In this document: piece by piece, positions 57,551 through 64,000 of the stretch
Numbering within the stretch: the first letter of the stretch is position 1
Layout: every line of letters starts with the position of its first letter
From: an uncultured Planctomycetaceae bacterium
GTDB lineage: Bacteria; Planctomycetota; Planctomycetia; Planctomycetales; Planctomycetaceae
DNA length: 64,000 nucleotides
Direction of reading: 5' to 3'
Assembly (NCBI GenBank): GCA_963976765.1
Contig: CAXBME010000008.1
Span: 1-64,000 of the forward strand
Program-made: the position numbers and the translations under genes
Notes under the pieces: generated by a model
Databases searched by the model: none
Seen by the model: only the letters and a program-made list of their open reading frames with translations
What the model was told of the DNA's origin: nothing

Positions 57551-59778
57551 ATGGCTGCAGGGTGGGCACTGCCCACCAGAACAGAAGTCCTGAGGATGAT
57601 GGTGGGCGGTGCCCACCCTGCGGGGCGGCAGGGCTTTGGCTGTTGATGGCTTTTGCCATCTTCCGAATGCCGCCGTGGTTACCTCTGTTTGCACATGAGT
57701 CGGACGGTGTCGATCCTTCCTGGCAGATGCTGCTGAACGAGGCTGTTTCAAGCGACTGGGTATTCGGTCGGGACCTGTTCTTCACTTACGGACCGTTCGG
57801 CTTTATCCACGCGCGAATGTACCACCCGGAGACGTGGGCAGTTTTGGTCGCGGCCTGGCTCGGCATCTCGGTGATCACCGCCGATCTTGTCTGGCGAGTT
57901 TCCAACCACGGGCGCCTCAGTTCAATCGGAAGAGTTCTGTTCGGTCTCGTGATGCTCGAATTCATGAGTCGCGATGCGATGGCTGTTTGTTTCGGCCTGC
58001 ACGCTCTTGTCTTTCTGGAAGCTGGCGAAGTTTCACGTAAAGGGGTAAAGCAGCAAAACACGACAGAGTCCTTACACACCTCTGCGTCTTCAAGCCTTTG
58101 CGCTGATTCAATCGTTGGGGCGTGGGGAGTGGTCAGGAAGGCAATTCCGATTCTGCTGCTCGCCGCACTCCCGTGGGCGAAGTTCAGCTATTTCGTGACG
58201 GTTGCTTTCCTGAGCTGCTCGTTGGTCGCGATCGGGATTCTTCAGAAGCGAATTCCCTGGCAAGGGGGGCTGCTGTTTGCCGCGTGTCCGTTGGCGTGGT
58301 TGATGTCCGGAGCGACGCTGGTCGAGTGTCGCGAGTTCGTCGGTACCGGTTTTCAACTGGCGAGTGGCTACATCGCAGCGATGGGACTTGGCCCGGAGTC
58401 GGCAGCCGGGCTTGTCGTGCTGGTCAGCTCTGGCGTCGTCGTTTTGACATTACCGGTCTGGCTGGCGTCCCGTCTGAAGTCTGGCGACTGGCGGCTGAGT
58501 ATTCTGACGATGCTGGTTTTTCACGGGCTGTTGTTCATCGCGTGGAAGTCGTGCTTCGTCAGGTATCACGTGGAACGGATTCCGGTTTTCCTGGGAACGG
58601 TGTTTCCGTTGCTGGTCTACGGCTGGCTTATTTCCAGACAATCAGAACGTCTTGCGCGTGCCACTGACTCTGCCGGCTCCGTTGAGACAGGCGGTTCATG
58701 GAAACACTCGCAGAGCCAGTGGCACACCGTTTTGACGACGATTCTTGCCGTGGAGCGTCGGTGCGGTTTGCCGGCTTTGTTGACGACGATTGTGATTCTG
58801 GTTTCCGCTGGAACAATCGAACGAGTACAGCCCTGCACGTTTGCCGGAGTCATCGATCACGCAACCGCCCCGTTGCGTGATCAGGTTCTGGCCGTGGCTG
58901 AGTCGGTCAGAAATTCAGGATGGCGACGGAGTACGCACGAAGCACAGATGCAGAAGATCCGCGAGGCGAATCCGGTGCCGGATATCGACGGCTCTGTCGA
59001 CGTCTTCCCGAGCAAGCTGATTGTCGGCTTTGCTCATAAACTCGACATGCGGCCTCGACCGATCCTGCAAAGCTATGCGGCTTTTACGCCAGAGTTGATC
59101 GAGCGGGATGCTCAGCATTTCCGAAGTGCCAGCGCGCCAGACCACGTTCTGATTTCAGTCGCAGAAATCGACCATCGACTGCCGACGATGGAAGATTCGC
59201 GGACCTGGTTCGAGCTACTGTCGAGTTACGATCTGACAGACTCCAGCGGCGACCTGCTGAAGCTGAGTCGACGAAAGCAGTCTTGTCTTGTGCATGGCGC
59301 AGAGCCAGCATGGCAGAGAACAGCAAGTTTTGGTGAGCAGGTTAATCTGCCGGCTGAGTTAACGGAGTTAGTGTGGTGTCGAATTCACATTGAACCATCG
59401 TTGGCTGGTCACGCTGCTTCGATAGCCTATCGACTTCCCGAGCTTCGACTGCGGGTTCAGTATGACAGCGGTACTGAGCAGGAATTCCGTCTGCTTCCTG
59501 AGGCGGCCAGAGCCGGCTTTCTCGTCAGCCCGGTTGTTAAGGCACGTGGCGATCTTGTCCGGCTGTGGAAGTGGCGGGACGGTTCTGTTTCAGAGAACGT
59601 GGGCAATAATGATCATGTTGCGAGCATTGCCTGCTTCGTCGCTGGTGAAGACTGGAGCCGCTCGTTCTTCAGAATGACCGTCAAGTTTGAATTCTTTGAA
59701 TGCTTCAGACGTATTGAGTTGGTACCGGAATCTGCTGGCTCAAGAAACCTCGCATGCGGTTTGGATTTTTCTTTATAA
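57547..59778 (+). CDS. Polytopic membrane protein, probable GT-C glycosyltransferase
   Basis: DPSW..FGRDLFFTYGPFG, many TMs and periplasmic PRPILQSYAAFT; follows the GT2 gene. The start is uncertain (GTG overlap or a later ATG). Confidence 0.7.
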   Translation: MNGCRVGTAHQNRSPEDDGGRCPPCGAAGLWLLMAFAIFRMPPWLPLFAHESDGVDPSWQMLLNEAVSSDWVFGRDLFFTYGPFGFIHARMYHPETWAVLVAAWLGISVITADLVWRVSNHGRLSSIGRVLFGLVMLEFMSRDAMAVCFGLHALVFLEAGEVSRKGVKQQNTTESLHTSASSSLCADSIVGAWGVVRKAIPILLLAALPWAKFSYFVTVAFLSCSLVAIGILQKRIPWQGGLLFAACPLAWLMSGATLVECREFVGTGFQLASGYIAAMGLGPESAAGLVVLVSSGVVVLTLPVWLASRLKSGDWRLSILTMLVFHGLLFIAWKSCFVRYHVERIPVFLGTVFPLLVYGWLISRQSERLARATDSAGSVETGGSWKHSQSQWHTVLTTILAVERRCGLPALLTTIVILVSAGTIERVQPCTFAGVIDHATAPLRDQVLAVAESVRNSGWRRSTHEAQMQKIREANPVPDIDGSVDVFPSKLIVGFAHKLDMRPRPILQSYAAFTPELIERDAQHFRSASAPDHVLISVAEIDHRLPTMEDSRTWFELLSSYDLTDSSGDLLKLSRRKQSCLVHGAEPAWQRTASFGEQVNLPAELTELVWCRIHIEPSLAGHAASIAYRLPELRLRVQYDSGTEQEFRLLPEAARAGFLVSPVVKARGDLVRLWKWRDGSVSENVGNNDHVASIACFVAGEDWSRSFFRMTVKFEFFECFRRIELVPESAGSRNLACGLDFSL
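57557..57621. repeat. REPIN-like element
   Basis: GCAGGGTGGGCACTGCCCACC-23 nt-GGTGGGCGGTGCCCACCCTGC, a 21-bp inverted repeat with one mismatch. Confidence 0.8.
58656..58727. repeat. REPIN-like element inside a CDS
   Basis: GCGTGCCACTGACTCTGC ... GCAGAGCCAGTGGCACAC, an 18-bp inverted repeat with 2 mismatches spanning 72 nt (a multiple of 3). Confidence 0.65.
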
Positions 59779-59964
59779 AGCTGGCAGCCAACGATCTTGC
59801 AGGCGAGTGCAACTTCGAACGAGTGTCTTCAGGTTACATTCGAACAGGTTCTCGGTGCTGTCGGAATTGTAATACACTTCTCCGCCTTGTTCGGAAGGAT
59901 ACTCGTAAAATCAATTCATCTGCCTGGGCCGGCGGAGCAATGATTCGACAGCAGGCGATAGTGT

Positions 59965-62900
59965 ATGACCGTTGGACCTGAGGACTTCTTCAAGCGGATT
60001 GAAGAGTCGGGATTACTCAATGACTCGATCATGGAGCAGAAGGACCGGTTGCAGACAGTAGCTTCCGGCGCGGATGTAGCTGCTGACCTGGTCGGACAGA
60101 GACTGCTGACGGAATACCAGAGCGAAGTGCTTCTCAGCGGCGAAGATGTCCCGCTGGTCGTTGGTGATTACGTTGTCACCGAGTCGATCGGCCGAGGCGG
60201 AATGGGTTACGTGCTCAAAGCGCGGCACCGTCGCATGAAACGCACGGTTGCGATCAAGTTCCTGCTCAAGTCACTGACAGATTCTGATGATCTGCGGCGA
60301 CGGTTTGAGAGAGAGGTTGAGGCGGCGGCACAACTCGATCATCAGAACATCGTCACAGCCTACGACGCGGGAGTTCACGAGGGCAGTCATTACCTCGTCA
60401 TGCAGTATGTCGATGGCGAAGATTTGTCGCAGATCGTGAAGTCGACTGGTCCGCTGGATATTCCAGACGCGGTTGATGTGATCCGGCAGGCGGCCCTGGG
60501 ACTGGGCTACGCTCATGACCGAGGCATTATTCATCGGGATATCAAACCGGGCAATCTGCTGCTTGATACCGAAGGCGTCGTCCGCATTCTGGACATGGGG
60601 CTGGCTCGAATGACGCCGTCGCCAGGTGACGAACTGGAAGGCGGAGCCCATGCCGACCTGACCAATACCGGCAGCGTCATGGGCACCATCGATTACATGG
60701 CTCCCGAACAGGCGCTGGATGCGAAGTCCGTTGATCATCGAGCGGACCTCTACGCCCTGGGCTGCACATTGTATTTTCTGCTGACGAGCAACCCGCCATT
60801 CCGCAACGAAACCGTCATGCGACGGTTGCTCGCTCACCGCGAGCAGCCAGCGCCGAGAATTTCGGAATATCGTCCTGGCGCTCCGCCGGAACTCGACGAC
60901 ATCTTTGCCACGATGATGGCCAAGTCGCCGGATGATCGTTTTCCGTCGATGCAGCATCTGGTCGTCGCGCTGGACACTCTTGGGCTGAGCGATTCAGAAG
61001 CCGAACAGATGGCGACGCTGGACGTGCCGGATGATGGAAACGGTGGCTTCGTCAAACTGCCTGACGCCTGCGATTCATCGATTCCCGAATCGGAAACCTC
61101 GCCAGCGACGTCATTTCAATCAGGCGAAGAACCGGCGGACGGGATGACGCGCAGGTTGCCAGTTTCCGATGTCACGATTCTTGAAGCTTCCAGCGACGTT
61201 CCGGCATTAAATACCTTCGAAGGTGCCGAGACTGCTTCACCAGCGGACGCGTCCGATACAGACTTCACGGGAATCAGTGAGACGATCGTTGGCGACTCGC
61301 GATCTATTGCCGGCACAGCAGCGGCGCGTGCGGCCAGGTCCCCACCACTGTGGAAGCTGATAGCGCCGGTCGGCCTGGCCGTTGTCGCTCTGATCGCGTT
61401 TATGGTAACTCGCCCCGGTCCAACCGTTGAGGGCGAGGAACCAGTAAAGCCAGCTTCTGTCGCAGTCGCACCGCAGAAAGCTCCCCCGTCCGATAATTCT
61501 CCGAGACTTGAGAGTTCAGAGGCCCAGATCCCCGATCGCCGAGGTGCCGAGTGGGTGTTGTCAGTTGGCGGCAATATCAGAATCGAAACTCCTGACGGCA
61601 CCAGGCTTGACATCAGGAATCAGGAAGATCTACCTGACGAGCCATTTGTGCTGAGTGGTGTCAACGTGCAGAACATTCAGCAGGTGACAGACGATGGATT
61701 GATGAATCTTCGTGGTTGCTCGCAGCTGACGTCGTTCTATGCCTACGACACGGCGATTACAGATCAAGGACTGGCGAACCTGACCGACGAAGGAAGCCTG
61801 CCACTCGAATATCTGACAAGCCTGTTCATCGCCAGGACTTCGGTTACTGAAAAAGGTTTGCAATACCTTCATCAAAGCAGAAACCTTACGTACCTGGATA
61901 TTGAATCGAATCCGGTCAGTGATGGATCAATTTTGGGACAGTTCCGTGAACTCGAAACGGTCAGCATCTCACTCACAAAGATTTCCGCCGCAGGGCTGTC
62001 TGTCTTGCAGGCGCTGCCCAGGTTGTGGCAACTGAGTGTCGACGGACGACAATTACAGGGAGCCGGCGGGCAGAGTGTTTCGGCATTGAGCAATCTTGAG
62101 AATCTCCTGGTACGGTTTCCGGGAGCGGAATTCGACGGTGTCGCTCTGAGTGATCTGAAAAAACTGACGAAATTGCACCTGCATGAACTGCCCGCGCGGC
62201 TGGATGATCAGCTATGGATGGCAATTGCCGGGTTGCCCAAACTGAATGACCTGTACCTGTCGGGTGCCGGAGTTTCCAATTTCTCGATTGGGAAGATGCC
62301 TGCCCTGGCCAGGTTACAAGTCCTGAGACTCCAGAGTGGCGAGGAAAAACTCAGCGGCGAAACGATTGCAGCGGCCGTCCGCCGTGCTCCAGCTTTGAAA
62401 GAGCTGGTCGTTTCTCACGATGAGTTAAACGATGGTGATGCCAATTTCCTTGAATCTCTGACGCAACTGAGACGGTTGTCGCTCACTGACAACGAAATCT
62501 CGGCCGAGGCCATCGACTCGCTGCACGCCGCACTGCCGGGCTGCCGAATCGAATCCGACCACGGCACGTTTGAGCCGACCGTTGCTGTCATGAGTCCAGA
62601 CCGTCGCTCGGCGGAAGCTGTGTTGAAGCTCGGCGGAATGGTTTGGGTCGGGAGTAACTTTCAGCAGATTACGGATCCGGGCGATCTGCCGACGGCACCA
62701 TTCTCGGTGACGAAGATTGACCTCTCACAAAAGAAGAATATCGAAGACGAGTTTCTGGCAAACTTTCGCGGGCTTGCGGGTCTGCAGAATTTGATCCTGA
62801 CAGAAACTTCGATTTCGGACCGCGGCCTGGCAAATCTGACGGATGAGGGGCGACATCCACTGCCGGCTTTGCAACGGCTTTACCTGGATGGCACGAAGGT

Positions 62901-64000
62901 TTCGCAGGATGGCCTGCTGTTTCTTAGTGGCTCGCGTGGTCTTTTTAGCCTGATGCTTGACGGGACAGCTATCACGGAAGGAGCTGTTCTGAATCAGTTT
63001 CCCAGGCTGAGAAATCTTGAACTGGGGCAGACATCACTCACAACAGCGAATCTTTTGGAGATTATCTCCAGGTGTCCCCAACTGGATCGTCTGACGATGG
63101 ATGGTCGCCATCTGACCGAAACGATGGCGAGCAGCCTCGCTGACCTTCCGGATCTGCGTGCTTTGAAACTACGGGATCTACCCTCTGATTTTGATCCAGA
63201 CCATCTCGCGAAACTTCCGCTACTGACGGAGCTCTATGTAGGCACTGCAGATTCCACCGTGTTTGACGACGACTTCTGGAAAGTCGTCGCTGGTTTGGAC
63301 CAGCTTCACATCCTGATGTGCACGGAAGGCGTCACAGACCAGACACTGGCAATAGCTCGGCCTATGCCACAGGTTCAGGTGTTTACCATCATGTCGAAGG
63401 CGGTGACTGGCGAGGCTCTTGCGAAGGCGATGTCAAAGTTCCCGAATGTTCGATTTCTTTCGGTGAATTACTCGGACTGGACTGACGACGACGTCCAGCA
63501 GCTTCACCGTCTGAAGTCGCTCGGGAAACTTGATTTGACAAAGAACTCTGCCAGCGTTGAAGCCATCAAGGCATTGTCCGCTGCTTTGCCGAAGTGTCAG
63601 ATCATCTCTGATCACGGGACTTTTGAAGCCGGGTCAGTCTCGGGAATACGATCGGCACTTAGCTTCGACGGTGTCGACGATTATGTTGAGTGCCCCGGCG
63701 TGACGATTGCGTCGAATCGTCCCTTCACGATTGAAGCGACCGTCACCAACTGGAAAGAGGGGTACGGAACGGTCTGCGGCTGGATGGGCAACGTTGGCCT
63801 CTATCTGGCGAAAGGCAATCTCATTGGTGCGGGAATCACAACAACTGAATTGCAAGATGGTCAGACGCACAAACTGGGAACAGAAATTCCAGACACTGAT
63901 GTTTTGAGACTCGCACTCACTTCGGATGGGAAGCAGATCAGGCTGTTTGTGAATGGCGTCGAAAGAACGTCACGAACGAATGATCATCCAATCAGCCCGA
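59965..64000 (+). CDS. Membrane Ser/Thr (Hanks-type) protein kinase with two extracytoplasmic LRR modules and a LamG-like domain; partial, runs off the window
   Basis: Translated by hand from ATG 59965: IGRGGMG, VAIK, HRDIKPGN, DMG, GTIDYMAPEQ, TM at ~61350-61410, LRRs, then ALSFDGVDDYV. It is absent from the ORF track, consistent with no stop before 64000. Confidence 0.93.
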   Translation, partial: MTVGPEDFFKRIEESGLLNDSIMEQKDRLQTVASGADVAADLVGQRLLTEYQSEVLLSGEDVPLVVGDYVVTESIGRGGMGYVLKARHRRMKRTVAIKFLLKSLTDSDDLRRRFEREVEAAAQLDHQNIVTAYDAGVHEGSHYLVMQYVDGEDLSQIVKSTGPLDIPDAVDVIRQAALGLGYAHDRGIIHRDIKPGNLLLDTEGVVRILDMGLARMTPSPGDELEGGAHADLTNTGSVMGTIDYMAPEQALDAKSVDHRADLYALGCTLYFLLTSNPPFRNETVMRRLLAHREQPAPRISEYRPGAPPELDDIFATMMAKSPDDRFPSMQHLVVALDTLGLSDSEAEQMATLDVPDDGNGGFVKLPDACDSSIPESETSPATSFQSGEEPADGMTRRLPVSDVTILEASSDVPALNTFEGAETASPADASDTDFTGISETIVGDSRSIAGTAAARAARSPPLWKLIAPVGLAVVALIAFMVTRPGPTVEGEEPVKPASVAVAPQKAPPSDNSPRLESSEAQIPDRRGAEWVLSVGGNIRIETPDGTRLDIRNQEDLPDEPFVLSGVNVQNIQQVTDDGLMNLRGCSQLTSFYAYDTAITDQGLANLTDEGSLPLEYLTSLFIARTSVTEKGLQYLHQSRNLTYLDIESNPVSDGSILGQFRELETVSISLTKISAAGLSVLQALPRLWQLSVDGRQLQGAGGQSVSALSNLENLLVRFPGAEFDGVALSDLKKLTKLHLHELPARLDDQLWMAIAGLPKLNDLYLSGAGVSNFSIGKMPALARLQVLRLQSGEEKLSGETIAAAVRRAPALKELVVSHDELNDGDANFLESLTQLRRLSLTDNEISAEAIDSLHAALPGCRIESDHGTFEPTVAVMSPDRRSAEAVLKLGGMVWVGSNFQQITDPGDLPTAPFSVTKIDLSQKKNIEDEFLANFRGLAGLQNLILTETSISDRGLANLTDEGRHPLPALQRLYLDGTKVSQDGLLFLSGSRGLFSLMLDGTAITEGAVLNQFPRLRNLELGQTSLTTANLLEIISRCPQLDRLTMDGRHLTETMASSLADLPDLRALKLRDLPSDFDPDHLAKLPLLTELYVGTADSTVFDDDFWKVVAGLDQLHILMCTEGVTDQTLAIARPMPQVQVFTIMSKAVTGEALAKAMSKFPNVRFLSVNYSDWTDDDVQQLHRLKSLGKLDLTKNSASVEAIKALSAALPKCQIISDHGTFEAGSVSGIRSALSFDGVDDYVECPGVTIASNRPFTIEATVTNWKEGYGTVCGWMGNVGLYLAKGNLIGAGITTTELQDGQTHKLGTEIPDTDVLRLALTSDGKQIRLFVNGVERTSRTNDHPISP

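Noticed and set aside
1..64000. CRISPR array, tRNA, rRNA, prophage or transposase
   Set aside because: I saw no regularly spaced direct repeats, cloverleaf/T-loop signatures, or phage/transposase motifs by eye.

Overview
GC-rich bacterial DNA that is almost certainly from a planctomycete (Planctomycetaceae-like). The markers are a DUF1559 prepilin-like gene, DUF1501, a PVC-type heme-binding giant protein, a sulfatase, a squalene-cyclase-repeat protein and an LRR Ser/Thr kinase. About 45 CDS are present. They include an ECF sigma factor followed by a HemN-like radical SAM / chorismate-lyase-like / flavin-halogenase-like trio, two surface-glycosylation loci (11.1-22.5 kb and 54.1-59.8 kb), a xanthine-dehydrogenase-family molybdoenzyme operon, tdk, rsmD, polX, an FHA-GAF sigma-54 activator and a dsbD-like gene. 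Three genes are damaged: a truncated DUF1559, a frameshifted HGSNAT/DUF5009-like acyltransferase, and a doubly frameshifted ParE toxin. A Ser/Thr kinase missing from the ORF track runs off the right edge. I saw no rRNA, tRNA, CRISPR array or transposase. Best leads: (1) the rSAM + chorismate lyase + halogenase-like cassette as a candidate aromatic/quinone tailoring pathway; (2) an A10 slippage tract in an interdomain linker of a 1779-aa protein, with stops in both shifted frames; (3) a ~300-nt multi-hairpin candidate ncRNA at 29.9-30.2 kb; (4) REP/REPIN-like palindromes carried in frame inside a membrane-protein gene. All functional calls come from motifs recognised by eye; no searches were run.
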